Both the position numbers and the translations under genes were made by a program. The notes below the pieces were generated by a model that ran no database searches, was not told the origin of the DNA, and saw nothing but the letters and a program-made list of their open reading frames with translations. Below, one piece after another: positions 31,720 through 43,887 of a DNA stretch of 64,000 nucleotides. Within the stretch, counting starts at the first letter, position 1, and each line of letters starts with the position of its first letter. Origin of the DNA: Gemmatimonadota bacterium (GTDB taxonomy: Bacteria > Gemmatimonadota > Gemmatimonadetes > Palauibacterales > KS3-K002); contig JBDHAS010000002.1 of NCBI GenBank assembly GCA_039588015.1, forward strand, positions 1,638-65,637, read 5' to 3'.

Positions 31720-34073
31720 TGACCGACCCGATCTCTCCCGTTCCCGACCGAACAGATTCTTTCTAGCTCGTGAAGTGTAATCAATACCTCTCTTGGTTTC
31801 GACCCCTCAGGCGGCCCAACGATCCCCGCATGTTCCAACTGGTCAACGATGCGGGCGGCGCGGCCGTATCCGACCTTCAGCCGCCGCTGCAGCAGGCTGG
31901 TCGAACCTTGCTGATGCTGTATGACGACCTCGGCCGCACGGCGGAACAGCGGATCCCGCTCCTCGGCGCCTTCTCCGCCAATCTCCAACTCCGCTTCCTC
32001 AAGCTCGCGCTGCCGGACCGATTCGATGATATCCTCCTCGGCCCTGATCCGTTCGGCCTCTTCCTCCTCGGCGCGCGCACGGTACCACTCCATCAGTCGC
32101 TCGGTGTCTTCGGTGGACACGAAGGTCCCTTGGATACGAACCGGTTCGGCCTGGCCGGGCGGCATGAACAGCATGTCGCCGTTGCCAAGCAGAGTCTCAG
32201 CCCCGTTCTGATCGATGATCGTGCGGCTGTCGACTTTGGACGCGACTCGAAAGGCCGCGCGGCACGGGAAGTTCGCCTTGATGAGCCCCGTGATCACGTT
32301 GACCGACGGCCGCTGTGTGGCGACCACCAGATGGATACCCGTGGCACGTGCTTTCTGTGCCAGGTAGGCCAGCGGGCGTTCTACCTCCGCCTGCACTGTC
32401 ATCATCAAGTCGGCCAACTCGTCAACGACCAAGACTATGTATGGGAGGATCTCAGGTTCCTCTACTTCACCGCCGCCATATGAGTCCGGTGCGCGGATCG
32501 TCGTCAGCCTTGCGACACGGCTGTTGAACTCGCGCAGGTTGCGACAGCCGTTCGCCGAGAGCCACTCGTAGCGCCGCTCCATCTCGTACACGAGCCACTT
32601 GAGCGCGGCCGCCGCGTCGTTGTTGTCGGTGACGACCGGGTGGCGAAGGTGGGGCAGAACGTTGTAGCCGCCTAGCTCCACCATCTTGGGATCGACCAGC
32701 AGCAACCTCAGCTGCTCCGGCGAGTAGCGATAGATCAAGCTGGAAATGATGGCGTTGATGCAGACCGATTTCCCCGAGCCCGTCACGCCGGCGATGAGAA
32801 GGTGCGGCATCTGCGCGAGGTCGTAGACGTCCGATCGTCCCCTGACATCCTCGCCGAGCGCGATCGGCAGCTGACCCCGACTGGTTCGGTACGCGCTCGA
32901 GTCTAGTATCTCCCGCAGGTAGACGACTTTCCGTTCGGGGTTGGGCACCTCGACACCCACGGCTCCCTTGCCGGGGATGGGTGCGATGATTCTCACCGAA
33001 GGCGCCTTGAGAGCCAGCGCCAGATCGTCGGCGAGGGCAGCGATCTTCCCAACCTTGACGCCAGAGGCCGGCACCACCTCGAACTGGGTGACCACCGGCC
33101 CAGTCGTGCGTCCGGCGATCTTCCCTTCCACCTTAAAGGTCCCGAGGGTGTCAACCAGGGTTTCGCCCAGGCGGGTCAATGCTTCCTCGCTCACTGTGTA
33201 CTCTTGAGCGGGGGGCGGTGACAGGAGTTCCAGCGGCGGAAGCTGGGAGGCAGGGAGGTCAGCCACAGCGACATGCGCGCCGGCGGACTCCGGCTTCCTC
33301 GGCTTTCGTTGCCTGGGCGACGTCGCTTCATCGGACACCGGAGCCTTCTCGTCGGTATGCTTTTGGATCTCCGGCTCTGATTCAAGCCGGGAGAGCAGGC
33401 CGCGCGAGGGCCGCCGACTCAAGCGCTGAACCGCGCCAGCGACCGCCTCCGAGGCTTGCCGCCACACACCCGAGATCCGGGCCGCCGCCGCCGAGCCGGC
33501 TCCCACGGCCGCTTTGGCTCCCCTGCCAGCGAAGACGGTGCCGTCCTTGACCGCGCCGGCGCCGCGGGCGATCGCCTTGAACGGGGCCAAGCCCAGAGTA
33601 GCGATCACGCCCGTCACCAGTAGCAAGACAAGCAGAAGCGTTGACCCAAGCCAGCCGATCGCCGACGCCAGGAGTCCGCCCGTCCAAGAACCGTGGCTGC
33701 CAGCCAGCCAAATGGGGCCTCCCCCCGCCGGATCGGCGAGGGCCGACGCCAGAGGCGGGACGAGGGTCAGGAGGATCGCAAAGAAAAGAGTCCAGCGGGT
33801 AGTCTCGGCACGTTCCCGCACGCCGAGGCTCCAGACTCCCCACAGGATCGGGAACAAAGGAACGACTGCGGCGCCTATCCCAAAAGCGCCCACCAGTGTA
33901 CCGGAGACCGCCACCCCCACGGGCCCGACGACGTTACCGGAAGGAAAAAGGTCCGCGAACCCGTCACCGAAGAGACCGACCGGAACCAGGCTGAGCAGCG
34001 TGAACAAGCCGACCGCGCCAAGGCCAATGCCGATCAAAACGCGCCGCGTGCGGTCACCCCCACCATCACCCAT
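31716..34073 (-). CDS. ftsK: DNA translocase FtsK
   Basis: N-terminal TMs, PHLLIAGVTGSGKS, DELADLM, ATQRPS, gamma domain GYGRAAR. Confidence 0.96.
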   Translation of the reverse strand: MGDGGGDRTRRVLIGIGLGAVGLFTLLSLVPVGLFGDGFADLFPSGNVVGPVGVAVSGTLVGAFGIGAAVVPLFPILWGVWSLGVRERAETTRWTLFFAILLTLVPPLASALADPAGGGPIWLAGSHGSWTGGLLASAIGWLGSTLLLVLLLVTGVIATLGLAPFKAIARGAGAVKDGTVFAGRGAKAAVGAGSAAAARISGVWRQASEAVAGAVQRLSRRPSRGLLSRLESEPEIQKHTDEKAPVSDEATSPRQRKPRKPESAGAHVAVADLPASQLPPLELLSPPPAQEYTVSEEALTRLGETLVDTLGTFKVEGKIAGRTTGPVVTQFEVVPASGVKVGKIAALADDLALALKAPSVRIIAPIPGKGAVGVEVPNPERKVVYLREILDSSAYRTSRGQLPIALGEDVRGRSDVYDLAQMPHLLIAGVTGSGKSVCINAIISSLIYRYSPEQLRLLLVDPKMVELGGYNVLPHLRHPVVTDNNDAAAALKWLVYEMERRYEWLSANGCRNLREFNSRVARLTTIRAPDSYGGGEVEEPEILPYIVLVVDELADLMMTVQAEVERPLAYLAQKARATGIHLVVATQRPSVNVITGLIKANFPCRAAFRVASKVDSRTIIDQNGAETLLGNGDMLFMPPGQAEPVRIQGTFVSTEDTERLMEWYRARAEEEEAERIRAEEDIIESVRQRELEEAELEIGGEGAEERDPLFRRAAEVVIQHQQGSTSLLQRRLKVGYGRAARIVDQLEHAGIVGPPEGSKPREVLITLHELERICSVGNGRDRVGQ

Positions 34074-34122
34074 CTCTCACCTCATCGCCACCGTCTATCT
34101 ATGCCCCGCGTTACCAGCGCAG

Positions 34123-34872
34123 CTACGATTCGAGCCTCGTTATCTTTCGATCCATGAAAACAGGAATCACCGGCATCGAGTCTATGCGGGAGCAATACTC
34201 AATATCGTTCCCCTGGCCGATCTCTTCCAGGCCGCGACCCCCCGCCGTTTCGCGCAAGAAGTCGACGGTCACCGGTGCGAATTCCCGTGCAAGCGCGACC
34301 GCAGCGATTGCGCCGTCGCCGAGCTCGGCCTCGGAGACCGCTCCCCCATGCTCCCGCTGGGTGTGGCCGGCGCAAGCCTCGACGAGCATACCGGCGCAGA
34401 GGGCATCATCCACGCTCACCCTCCCGGCGCGCCCAGCACAGACTACGAGCACCTCGTCCTCGGTCTGTCGCAGCCGACCGGCCACCATGCTCAAGTTTGC
34501 GAATGCTGCGACGTAGACCCTGCGCGCGGCGGCCATGGATGCCAGAACGCGCGTCCCGTTCGTGGTCGACATGACGATCGTTCGGCCGTTCACCACGTCC
34601 GCCGCGTACTCAGCCGGGGAATTGCCGAGATCGAAGCCTTCGATGCGAATGCCGCCGCGTTCACCGGACAGCAGCACCTCGCCGCGGCCGAGCGAGTTCG
34701 CGAGTCGCATCGCCTCCTCTGTCGAGGCTGCCGGAACTACGGAACGAGCGCCGTGGTGAATTGCAGTTATTATGCTCGTAGCGGCGCGCAACACGTCGAT
34801 GAGAACAGCAGTACAGTCCTGAACCGTAACATGCTCCAGCTCATGCGGTGTCCAGAGCACGTCTATCTTCAT
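34123..34872 (-). CDS. comB: 2-phosphosulfolactate phosphatase family
   Basis: IDVLRA, GERGG..GNSP, TTNGT, DDALCAG. Confidence 0.9.
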   Translation of the reverse strand: MKIDVLWTPHELEHVTVQDCTAVLIDVLRAATSIITAIHHGARSVVPAASTEEAMRLANSLGRGEVLLSGERGGIRIEGFDLGNSPAEYAADVVNGRTIVMSTTNGTRVLASMAAARRVYVAAFANLSMVAGRLRQTEDEVLVVCAGRAGRVSVDDALCAGMLVEACAGHTQREHGGAVSEAELGDGAIAAVALAREFAPVTVDFLRETAGGRGLEEIGQGNDIEYCSRIDSMPVIPVFMDRKITRLES

Positions 34873-36230
34873 CGGGCCTCCGCGAGCTCTCCCGACGGAA
34901 CGAAGCTCTCCAAAAACCCGGTATCGAACTCGCCCGCGCGGAAATCCGCGTGATCCAGCACTTCGTGTAGGAATGGAATGGTCGTCTTCACGCCCTCGAT
35001 GATGAACATCTCGAGCGCCAGCCGAGCACGAGCGATCGCTTCATCGCGCGTGCGTGCACGGACGATCAGCTTCGCGATTAGCGAGTCGTAGTAGGGCGGA
35101 ATCGTGTAGCCGGAGTAGACGTGTGTGTCGACTCGTATGCCCAGCCCACCGGGCTGATGAAACGTCGTGATCGTTCCCGGATTCGGCCTGAAATCGTTTG
35201 CTGGATCTTCCGCGTTGATCCGGCACTCGATGGCGTGACCGCGCAATTCCACGCCGTCGGGAATCGACAGATCGTCCCCGGCGGCGACGCTCAGCTGTTC
35301 CTTGATCAAGTCGTAGCCGGTGACCTCCTCGGTGACCGGATGCTCCACCTGAATCCGTGTGTTCATCTCGAGGAAAAAGTAGTTCAGGTCGCGATCCAGC
35401 AGAAATTCGACCGTGCCCGCGCCCACGTAGCCGATGGCCTCCACTCCGCGAATCGCAGCCGCTCCCATCTCGCGTCGCAGCTCGGCATCGAGCGCCGGGC
35501 TAGGCGACTCCTCGATCAGCTTCTGGTGGCGACGCTGTATCGAGCAATCACGTTCTCCCAAGTGCACCGCTCGGTTGTAGCGATCGCCGAGCACCTGGAT
35601 CTCTACGTGGCGCGCGCCTTCAACGAGCTTCTCGACATAGAGGTCGCCGTTTCCGAAAGCCGCTTCCGCTTCGGTGGCGGCCATCACGAACAAGCTATCG
35701 AACTCCTCAGCGCTGCGGGCGATGCGCATTCCCTTGCCACCGCCGCCGGCAGCGGCCTTGATCATGACAGGGAAACCGATCTCCACTGCCATCTTCCTCG
35801 CCAAGCGCGCGTCTGTAAGCGCTTCCTCCGTTCCCGGGACTACCGGGACGCCGGCCTCGATCATCGTGCGGCGCGCGGCGACTTTATCACCCATCCGCCT
35901 GATCTGTTCGGAGGTCGGCCCGACGAAGACTATATCCGAGCGCTCGCAGATTTCGGCGAATTCCGCGTTCTCGGCCAGGAAGCCGTAGCCCGGATGAATT
36001 GCGTCGGCGCCGGTTATCTCAGCGGCTGCGATGATTCGCGGTATGTTGAGGTAGCTGTCCTTCGGCCGAGGAGGGCCAATGCAGATGTCCTCGTCGGCGA
36101 AGCGAACATGCAGCGACTCGCGGTCCGCTTCAGAGTGCACCGCCACCGTCTTCACACCCAACTCGTGGCATGCCCGAATGACGCGGAGTGCGATCTCTCC
36201 GCGATTCGCGATCAGAACTTTCTGGAACAA
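34869..36230 (-). CDS. accC: Biotin carboxylase
   Basis: [27 protein letters not shown]. Confidence 0.97.
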   Translation of the reverse strand: MFQKVLIANRGEIALRVIRACHELGVKTVAVHSEADRESLHVRFADEDICIGPPRPKDSYLNIPRIIAAAEITGADAIHPGYGFLAENAEFAEICERSDIVFVGPTSEQIRRMGDKVAARRTMIEAGVPVVPGTEEALTDARLARKMAVEIGFPVMIKAAAGGGGKGMRIARSAEEFDSLFVMAATEAEAAFGNGDLYVEKLVEGARHVEIQVLGDRYNRAVHLGERDCSIQRRHQKLIEESPSPALDAELRREMGAAAIRGVEAIGYVGAGTVEFLLDRDLNYFFLEMNTRIQVEHPVTEEVTGYDLIKEQLSVAAGDDLSIPDGVELRGHAIECRINAEDPANDFRPNPGTITTFHQPGGLGIRVDTHVYSGYTIPPYYDSLIAKLIVRARTRDEAIARARLALEMFIIEGVKTTIPFLHEVLDHADFRAGEFDTGFLESFVPSGELAEAR

Positions 36231-36284
36231 GGTCGATTCCTCGCTGGAGCTTGCAAGCGGCGCCGTGCTACATCGGACCGCGTA

Positions 36285-36791
36285 TCAGTCGGGCGCTATG
36301 CGGAAAAGAACCTGACCGTACTCTACAGGCTCGGCGTTCTCCACAGCGATCTCGCTTATGACGCCGCTTACTTCTGCCTCCAACTCGTTCATTAGCTTCA
36401 TCGCCTCGAGAATGCAGAGGGTCTGCCCGACCTTCACGCGATCCCCGACTTCGACGTAAGGGTCCGCGTCCGGCGCCGGCGCACGATAGAACGTGCCGAC
36501 CATGGGCGATGTCACCTCTGTCAACCCCGAAGTCTCAGCTTCCGCAGCCGTCTGGGCCGCTGGAGCGGCGGCCTGGCTCTCCGCCGCCGGCGCGGCTGCC
36601 GACGGGCTCGAGCCCGCCTGGGCCTGAATGGAAACCGGCGCCGTGCCGATCGCATTCCCGGAGAAACCGCCCAAGACGGAGGGAGTTTTCGAGATGCGGA
36701 TCTTCGTGGCCCAACGCGAGATCTCCAACGTATCGATATCGCTGTTCTCGACGGTCTCGATAAGCTGCTTCAAAAAAGCCAGATCGATCAT
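36285..36791 (-). CDS. accB: Biotin carboxyl carrier protein
   Basis: [15 protein letters not shown]. Confidence 0.97.
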   Translation of the reverse strand: MIDLAFLKQLIETVENSDIDTLEISRWATKIRISKTPSVLGGFSGNAIGTAPVSIQAQAGSSPSAAAPAAESQAAAPAAQTAAEAETSGLTEVTSPMVGTFYRAPAPDADPYVEVGDRVKVGQTLCILEAMKLMNELEAEVSGVISEIAVENAEPVEYGQVLFRIAPD

Positions 36792-37354
36792 GAGCTCACC
36801 CGCTCCAAGTACTTGTTCTCCCGCCGATCAACTTTCAGCATGTCACCGATCTCGATGAACAGCGGCACCTGCACGACGGCACCGGTCTCGAGCTTCGCGG
36901 GCTTAGTTCCGCCCTGCGCCGTATCTCCCCGCACGCCCGGTTCGGTCTCGACAACCTCGAGCTGGACAAAGAAGGGAAGCTCGACCGAAAGGGCTTCGCC
37001 TTCCCGGGTAAGGGCTTCACAGGCCATGTTCTCCTTCAGGTAGACGAGCTGGTCCTCGCCGATCGTGTCGGCGGGCAGAGGAATCTGCTCGTATGTCTCC
37101 TCGTCCATGAAGTAGTAGAACTGCCCATCCGTGTAGCTGTATTGAACGGGCCGCCTCACGAGGCGAACCTCCTCCACCTTCTCGCCGGCTCGGAAAGTCT
37201 GATCTGTTACAGCGCCGCTGAGTACGTTCTTGAGCTTGGTACGGACGAATGCGCCGCCCTTGCCAGGTTTGACGTGCTGGAAATAGGTGATCGTGTAGAG
37301 TTCGCCATCAAGTTCAACGACCATGCCGTTTCGGAAATCTGCCGTCGTCGCCAT
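36788..37354 (-). CDS. efp: Elongation factor P
   Basis: [23 protein letters not shown]. Confidence 0.97.
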   Translation of the reverse strand: MATTADFRNGMVVELDGELYTITYFQHVKPGKGGAFVRTKLKNVLSGAVTDQTFRAGEKVEEVRLVRRPVQYSYTDGQFYYFMDEETYEQIPLPADTIGEDQLVYLKENMACEALTREGEALSVELPFFVQLEVVETEPGVRGDTAQGGTKPAKLETGAVVQVPLFIEIGDMLKVDRRENKYLERVSS

Positions 37355-37403
37355 CGTCCTCGGTTCTATTCTCGATATGCACGTATTTGTCGCTTACAAG
37401 AGT

Positions 37404-38507
37404 CTACAAAGGCAGGGACAGAAGTCGGTCCTTTTCCAGATCGACCAGCGCTCGCGGCTGTCCGTCCGTGATCAGCACGTCGTCCTCGATCCGGATCCCG
37501 CCCCAGCCTGGAAAGTAGAGACCAGGCTCCACAGTAACAACCATGTTCGCGGAAAGGCTTTCCTCGCTGGTCCGGCCCAGGCGCGGATCTTCGTGCACGT
37601 CGAGGCCCACACCGTGCCCTGTCCCATGGGGGAATCTAGCCTCGACGCCCTCCCGTTCGAACACCCGCCGTGTGGCCGCATCCACGGCGGCGCCGCTTAC
37701 GTCCTCCCTCAGAGCGCCGCAAGCCGCCTGCTGGGCTTCGAGGACAAGTCGGTATCTGTCTCTTTGGAGGGCCGACGACTCTCCTACCACGAATGTGCGC
37801 GTCAAGTCGGAACAGTAGCCTCCCCAGCGGGCCCCGAAGTCACAGAGTAGCAGTTCCCCTCTCTTCAAGTTCCTCGTCCCCGTCGCGGCGTGGGGCAGCG
37901 CGGTTCGGGCGCCACTCGCTACAATCGTTTCAAAAGCAGGACGCTCAGCGCCCAGGTGGACCATGCGGTAATCGAGCTCGGCCGAGATGTCAGCTTCCCG
38001 CACACCCGCCTTCACCAGTGGCAGAGTAGCCCGTAAGGCCTCGGCCGCTATCTTGGCGGCCTTCTCCATGGCAGCGATCTCACCAGCGTCCTTGACCGCC
38101 CGCAGCTTCTCGACCACGCCCGAGACCGATTGCCACTTCACCGAGGGCGCATCCTCGGCGATGCGCTGCCACTGATCGTAGGAGAGATGCTGGCCTTCGA
38201 ATCCAAGCGTGGCACCGGCGAACCCCTGGCCAGCCCGCTCGGCCAGAGTCGCCAGGACTCTTTCCCGAGCCACGAGCAACTCGAACCCCACGCCGTCGGC
38301 TAGCTCCCCTTGGGCCTGCTCCTCGTAGCGCCCGTCGGTCGCAAAGACGACCGTGTCAGCGCCAAGCAGAAGGAAGCCACTGGAGCCGCTGAATCCCGTG
38401 AGGTAGCGTACGTTCGGGAGGCTGGTGACCAGCAGCCCGTCCAGACCCCGTTCCGCCGCCCTGGCCCGAACGCGCTCGATCCTTTTGACAGCTGTACTCG
38501 TGCTCAT
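37404..38507 (-). CDS. Xaa-Pro aminopeptidase (M24B)
   Basis: [26 protein letters not shown]. Confidence 0.93.
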   Translation of the reverse strand: MSTSTAVKRIERVRARAAERGLDGLLVTSLPNVRYLTGFSGSSGFLLLGADTVVFATDGRYEEQAQGELADGVGFELLVARERVLATLAERAGQGFAGATLGFEGQHLSYDQWQRIAEDAPSVKWQSVSGVVEKLRAVKDAGEIAAMEKAAKIAAEALRATLPLVKAGVREADISAELDYRMVHLGAERPAFETIVASGARTALPHAATGTRNLKRGELLLCDFGARWGGYCSDLTRTFVVGESSALQRDRYRLVLEAQQAACGALREDVSGAAVDAATRRVFEREGVEARFPHGTGHGVGLDVHEDPRLGRTSEESLSANMVVTVEPGLYFPGWGGIRIEDDVLITDGQPRALVDLEKDRLLSLPL

Positions 38508-38962
38508 CGGCGACGAAGGTACGCGACGATCCCTTCCAATGCGAGCACGTAGCTGTCGGCCGCGAACCCTACGACGAGCCCAACGGCAAGGTCAGAAAGG
38601 TAGGAATGATGGCGAAAAGGCTCCCGAGCGAAGACATTGCTGAGATGCACCTCCACGAAAGGCTGGCCCGTGGCTTTGAGCGCATCCCTGATGGCGACGC
38701 TGGTGTGGGTGTAACCCGCCGCATTGACCAGCAAGCCGTCGAAACTCGATTCTGCCTGTTGAATCCAGTCGACGAGTTCGCCTTCCAAGTTGGATTGAAA
38801 GAAAGTGACTGCGATGCCAAGTTGCCCCGCCCGCTCGGAGACCCGGCGGTTGATGCTCTCCAAGTCTTCGTGCCCGTAGGTCTCCGGCTCGCGACGCCCC
38901 AAGAGGTTCAGGTTGGGGCCGTGCAGAACGCCGATAGTCAGCGCTTGAGGCTTCTCAACCAC
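38504..38962 (-). CDS. aroQ: Type II 3-dehydroquinate dehydratase
   Basis: [22 protein letters not shown]. Confidence 0.96.
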   Translation of the reverse strand: MVEKPQALTIGVLHGPNLNLLGRREPETYGHEDLESINRRVSERAGQLGIAVTFFQSNLEGELVDWIQQAESSFDGLLVNAAGYTHTSVAIRDALKATGQPFVEVHLSNVFAREPFRHHSYLSDLAVGLVVGFAADSYVLALEGIVAYLRRR

Positions 38963-41541
38963 TCCTGAAACTGCTCGAGGTCCTCGGTGCCGGTTGGCTC
39001 GGGAGCCGCCTGAGGCTGGCTCGCTTCCTCCGGAACAGCTGAATCCCGATTCTTGGACGCCGATTCCGCGTCGAAAGTCAGCAGGTCGGCTAGATAGCCT
39101 TCCATCGTTGGCGGCTCGATCTCCGCCCCCGTGTCTGCCTCCGCGCCTGGAATCTGAGCCTCGATCTCCGCTGTGCCGTCATCGCTCAAGGGCTCGAATG
39201 CCACTTCCTCCTCGGGGACTTCCTTCGCCTCCATATCGGTCAGCTCCCAGATGCTGTCTACCGCCTTGATTTCTTCCCCTGCTTCCTGGGACTCCAACTC
39301 ATGGGCGGCCTCCGCCGTGACGATCACCTCCGCAATTATCTCATCTACGACGTCGCCCACGACTTCCTCAACCACTACCTCGGCCGCCTCTTCTTCCATC
39401 GTCACCTCGGGCACGTCTGATTCGTCCGGAACAGGCTCAGCCTCCAGAACCTCAATCGGAACCGGCTCGTCTTCGACGACGGCCTCGACTTCTTCTTCTG
39501 CCGGCTCGGGCGCGACCGGTTCGACCGGAAGGGGCTCGGCCTCGATAACCTCGATCGGTACCGGCTCGCCTTCCACGGCAGCCTCTACCTCATCCACAGG
39601 CGCGAGATCGAGAACCGACTCGACATCGGCCGCCGGCTCAGCCATCGGCTCGGTCTCGAGCTCGAGAATCGAATCGAGACTGAACTCGCCTTCCATCTCG
39701 GTCTCGTCCAACTCCACTGCTACCTCTTCGAGTGGCTCCACCAAGTCCGCGGCGGGTCCCGGAGCCTCTTCGGGCGCCGGCGGCTCTGTCTGGTCAGGCT
39801 TCGCTGCCAAGACCTCGAACGAGGCCGCGAACGGATCGAGCTGTTCGAACCCGGCGACAGGAGCTTCATCGTCGAAGGCGAAGTCTTTCGCAACCGGCTC
39901 GGGCGCAAGCTCCGGCTCATCCACCGCAGGCTCCGGCTCGCTCGGCGCAGCTTCCGGCTCACTCGACGCAGCTTCCTCGACCGGTGCGGTTTCCCCAGTA
40001 TCGAGTGTCGGATCCGTCAGCTTCATGAGCCTGGCCAGTTCTTCTTCCTCGGACTCAGGTTTGGCCTCGGCCTCCGCGATCTCAGTCAGCTCAGAGATCC
40101 TGGCCTTGATGTTCTCGTCATCGGGGCTCGCCTCGGCCAGTTGCCTATAGACCGCGAGAGCGTCGGAGTACAGCCCCTGCGTGGCGTACAGTTCCGCCAT
40201 CGTCTCGGTCACCATGCCCTCGCCGGCACCAGCCTCTCCCGCCTCTTCGACAGCCTCATCCTCAGGAACGTCCTCGCCGGGAATGTCGATGGTGAACTCG
40301 GCATCCAGCCCCTCCAGAAGATCCTCGGGCTTCAGGTCCTCAGAAGCCTGACCCTCCAGAAGCTCGCCGACGACGAAACCGGGTGCCCAGTCGTCCATAC
40401 TCGGGAGGTCTGGGCCCTCAGCCGGATCGGGATGGCCCCACTGCTCGCCCTCTTCCTCAGCCGAGGGCTCAGCCACGGTTTCGGCCGGCGTTTCCTCCGC
40501 CGACTCGAAGCTCAGGTCCAGCTCCGACTCGTCTTCCGCCGCCGACGCTTCGCTTTCGGGAGACGGCGCGAAGTCCATCGCCACATCGAAGTCCCATAGC
40601 GGTGGCTCGTCAGGACTCGGCTCGGTCTCGCTGACCGACTCGGTCGTTTCCGGCTCGGTGGGTAACACGTCCAAGGAAAAACCTCGAACTCCGTCCTCGG
40701 CGATGAAACCCTCTACGGGCTGCGTCTCCGCCTCTTCTTGGCCAACCAGGTCGAGTACGGCCTCGTCCGCGACTGTCTCGACGGCGGGCTCATCAGGGGT
40801 CGGGGGCAGCTCCTCCACGATCGCCTCGAACGCAGCTACTTCCTCAGCCGTCAGGGACAGTTCCTGCCGGATCCCCTCAACCACCGGCTCTTCCTCTGCG
40901 GCTGGCGCGAGGTCTTCCTCTACCGCCGCCTCCATCTCCTCCGGCTCCGGCATTACGATGTCCGCCTCGGGCGCGACCGCCTCCACCTCCTGCGTAGCGG
41001 GCTCGGACGGACCGATCGCCTCGAGAGGCGCAAGGTCGGGCTCGGCCTCCTCAGCCGCAGCCGCAGGCTCCGCCTCCACGGCCGCCGCTGCCGGTTCTTC
41101 CGCCTCCGGTTCGCCAGCTTCGCCGCCCATGGCGTCGAGCCTGCGCAGGCCCTCGCTCGCTTCTTCGCTGCGGGGATCGACCTGAAGCATCCGCTCGTAC
41201 CACACCCGGGCGTCCTCGACAAGTCCACGACGTGCGGCGAGGTCACCCAAAGCTCTCAGCGCTATGAGGTTCTGTGGATCAAGCTCGAGTACCTTGCTGA
41301 ACTGCTCCTGGGCATCCGCGTAGCGATCGCTATCCAGAAAGACGCGCCCCAGAACGTTGTAGGCGCTGGTGTAGCTGGGGTGTGTCTTCAGTCCATGTAC
41401 GAGCAGGCCCTCTGCCTTCGCGTACTCGCCGGCCCTGCGATACGCGTCTGCCAAGTGGGCGAAAACCAGGCCCTGGGAGTTGTCCGCGTAGCGTTGCTCG
41501 AGTTGTTGTATCTCTTTCTGGAGACCGTTATCCGGCGGCAT
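38938..41541 (-). CDS. TPR protein with long acidic low-complexity regions
   Basis: ATG 41541 after GAGGAG. N-terminal TPRs ([12 protein letters not shown]), central [18 protein letters not shown]-rich linkers and C-terminal FQEWLRSL helix. Confidence 0.85.
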   Translation of the reverse strand: MPPDNGLQKEIQQLEQRYADNSQGLVFAHLADAYRRAGEYAKAEGLLVHGLKTHPSYTSAYNVLGRVFLDSDRYADAQEQFSKVLELDPQNLIALRALGDLAARRGLVEDARVWYERMLQVDPRSEEASEGLRRLDAMGGEAGEPEAEEPAAAAVEAEPAAAAEEAEPDLAPLEAIGPSEPATQEVEAVAPEADIVMPEPEEMEAAVEEDLAPAAEEEPVVEGIRQELSLTAEEVAAFEAIVEELPPTPDEPAVETVADEAVLDLVGQEEAETQPVEGFIAEDGVRGFSLDVLPTEPETTESVSETEPSPDEPPLWDFDVAMDFAPSPESEASAAEDESELDLSFESAEETPAETVAEPSAEEEGEQWGHPDPAEGPDLPSMDDWAPGFVVGELLEGQASEDLKPEDLLEGLDAEFTIDIPGEDVPEDEAVEEAGEAGAGEGMVTETMAELYATQGLYSDALAVYRQLAEASPDDENIKARISELTEIAEAEAKPESEEEELARLMKLTDPTLDTGETAPVEEAASSEPEAAPSEPEPAVDEPELAPEPVAKDFAFDDEAPVAGFEQLDPFAASFEVLAAKPDQTEPPAPEEAPGPAADLVEPLEEVAVELDETEMEGEFSLDSILELETEPMAEPAADVESVLDLAPVDEVEAAVEGEPVPIEVIEAEPLPVEPVAPEPAEEEVEAVVEDEPVPIEVLEAEPVPDESDVPEVTMEEEAAEVVVEEVVGDVVDEIIAEVIVTAEAAHELESQEAGEEIKAVDSIWELTDMEAKEVPEEEVAFEPLSDDGTAEIEAQIPGAEADTGAEIEPPTMEGYLADLLTFDAESASKNRDSAVPEEASQPQAAPEPTGTEDLEQFQEWLRSLKR

Positions 41542-41592
41542 GACAAGAACTCCTCGAACGGATGGGTTGTGCTTCGGGGGGCCGGGGCTGCA

Positions 41593-41622
41593 AATATAGC
41601 TACCGCAAGGCGTTAGTGTCAA
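41593..41622 (-). promoter_or_regulatory. Sigma70 promoter for the TPR-aroQ operon
   Basis: TTGACA, 18 bp spacer, TATATT. Confidence 0.7.
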
Positions 41623-41750
41623 CTTCAGCATCGTCGGCGGACTCCAGCGCATTACCTGCGCGAGCGCGCCCGCGGTGGCTTTTTCGGCGACCTGGGATAA
41701 ATTCAACGACTCGGTCAAATCGGCATACGTAGAGAGGAAGGATCGGCTGT

Positions 41751-43568
41751 ATGCTACGCTCGATGCGTCGAAACACCAAGATTATCATGCTGGTTGTCGC
41801 CATCGCCTTCGTCGGCCTGATGGTCTTCGAGTGGGGCATGGACATGTCTGGCCGTAACTCGCCGGGAGCGGGAGCCGTAGGCGAAGTTGGCAGCGTGAAC
41901 GGTACCGCGATCAGCTACCAGGTTTGGACTCGCGCGTTCCGCAGTCTCACGGACCAGGCCCGACAGCAGAAGGGCTCGGCGCTCAACGACGTCGAGATCG
42001 ACTACATAGAAGAGCAAACCTGGAACGAATTGGTCACGGAGATCCTGATCGACCAAGAGATCGGTCGGCTGGGCATCAAGGTCACCGACGATGAGGTCCG
42101 GATGGCTTTCCAGACCTCTCCCCCACCGTGGCTAGTCAATAACGAGCTCTTCCACACGGATGGCCAGTTCGACTTCGAGAAGTACAGGGCATATTTCTCA
42201 AGCCCCGCCGTCGACCCGCTGCTGCTGAGTCAGATCGAGCAGTACTACCGCGACATTCTGCCGCGCGTTCGCCTTTACGAGGAGGTTGGCAGCGGCATCT
42301 ACGTCGCCGATTCAGAGTTGTGGCACATCTATCGTGACCGCAGCGAACAGGTCCAAGTCAGTTACGCCGTCTTCGACCCCGAAACGCAAATCGCCGAATC
42401 CGAGGTCTCCGTGACGGACGGCGAGCTACAGAGCTACTACCAGGAGAAACGCGAGGACTTTCGCCAGCCCGCGACCGCGCTGGTGACGCTAGTCGAGCTG
42501 ACCCGCGCTGCCGAGGCTTCCGACACGGCGGCGGCGCTCGACAGGGCGCTCAGCCTCAGGCAAGAAGCGGTGGACGGAGCCGAGTTCGCGGAGCTGGCGA
42601 GCGCGAACAGCGCCGACGCTGCGTCTGCCGCGCAAGGCGGTGACCTGGGCTGGTTTGGCAGAGGCGATATGACTCCGCCCTTCGAGGCGGCTGCTTTCGA
42701 GCTCGAGCCCGGACAGATCTCCGAACCCATACTCACGGACTACGGATATCACATAATCAAAGTAGCCGAGAAGGAAGAAGATCGGGTCCGAGCCTCTCAT
42801 ATCCTGTTGAGGATCGAGATGGCAGGTGAGAGCGAGGAGAGGCTTCTGGTAACGGTCGATCGTCTGGAGCGCGTCGCGCTGAAGAACGGCCTCGACGCTG
42901 CAATCGACTCGACGGGTGTTGAGGGCCGCCAAGTGACACTGACCCAGGGCAGCGACTTCGTGCCAGGAATTGGCCCGTTCAGCCCGGCCGCCGGTTGGGC
43001 TTTCCACGATTCGACCTTCGTCGGCGCCGTCAGCCCCGTATACGAGACGGACCAAGGGTTCCACGTCTTCGAGTTGGTTCAGCGCGCGCCCGAGAGCTAC
43101 CTGACCTTCGAAGACGCGCAGGCGTCGGTCCGGCGCCGTCTGTTGGCGGAAAAGAAGATCGAGACGTCGCGCTGGCAGGCAGAGCAAATCGCCGCCGAAC
43201 TCGCCAGCGGCAGCTCGCTCGAGGAGGTCGCAGCTTCACACGGCATGGACGTCCAAACAACCGACCTGTTCTCGCGGCTCGACTTCGTGCCGGACTTGGG
43301 GCAGTACAACAAGGTGATCGGCGCTGCGTTCGGCTCGGAGCTAGATAAGACCTCGGGCCCATTCGAGTCAGGCGGTCGACTGTACTTCCTGCATGTGCTC
43401 AACCGGGTCGAGGCGAACCGCGAGGCGTTCGATGCGGGGAAGGAAACACTCCGTGCCCAGTTGACTATGCAGCGCCGCGAGTCGGCGGTGAACGAGTGGC
43501 TCGCAGATCTGCGCGAACAAGCGGATATTCAGGATTGGCGGAGGCAGGTCTTCGTGCCGAGGTCGTAA
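41751..43568 (+). CDS. PpiD/SurA-like periplasmic chaperone with parvulin domain
   Basis: N-terminal TM, SurA-N domain, GGDLGWF..FEAAAF..GYHIIKV. Confidence 0.9.
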   Translation: MLRSMRRNTKIIMLVVAIAFVGLMVFEWGMDMSGRNSPGAGAVGEVGSVNGTAISYQVWTRAFRSLTDQARQQKGSALNDVEIDYIEEQTWNELVTEILIDQEIGRLGIKVTDDEVRMAFQTSPPPWLVNNELFHTDGQFDFEKYRAYFSSPAVDPLLLSQIEQYYRDILPRVRLYEEVGSGIYVADSELWHIYRDRSEQVQVSYAVFDPETQIAESEVSVTDGELQSYYQEKREDFRQPATALVTLVELTRAAEASDTAAALDRALSLRQEAVDGAEFAELASANSADAASAAQGGDLGWFGRGDMTPPFEAAAFELEPGQISEPILTDYGYHIIKVAEKEEDRVRASHILLRIEMAGESEERLLVTVDRLERVALKNGLDAAIDSTGVEGRQVTLTQGSDFVPGIGPFSPAAGWAFHDSTFVGAVSPVYETDQGFHVFELVQRAPESYLTFEDAQASVRRRLLAEKKIETSRWQAEQIAAELASGSSLEEVAASHGMDVQTTDLFSRLDFVPDLGQYNKVIGAAFGSELDKTSGPFESGGRLYFLHVLNRVEANREAFDAGKETLRAQLTMQRRESAVNEWLADLREQADIQDWRRQVFVPRS

Positions 43569-43590
43569 ACTCGGCAGCGGACGGAGCAGG

Positions 43591-43887
43591 TCAGAGCAAC
43601 ATCCGCGATACGTAAGCCACCAAGAGCACCCCGGCCACGCTGAACAGGTTCACGTTCAGCGCGACCGGTCCCAGAGTGATCGCGAGCACGATCAGATCCA
43701 TACTCAGCGGTCCGACGCTCGCCGACACCGTTGTGGTGAAGAACTCGCGGAAAGGACCCTCGGGGAGGAACCAGAGGGAGAGCTTGGTCAGGATAGCGCC
43801 GAGCAGGAAGCCGAGGACCAGAATCGTCACCACGCGCCAAGGCGACCGGGCCACCGGTCTGGCCAAGAGTCCGTCCCCTCTAGTCAC
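43591..43887 (-). CDS. Small membrane protein (DUF4321-like)
   Basis: Hydrophobic 98 aa, coupled to the upstream gene; family resemblance by recall only. Confidence 0.6.
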   Translation of the reverse strand: MTRGDGLLARPVARSPWRVVTILVLGFLLGAILTKLSLWFLPEGPFREFFTTTVSASVGPLSMDLIVLAITLGPVALNVNLFSVAGVLLVAYVSRMLL

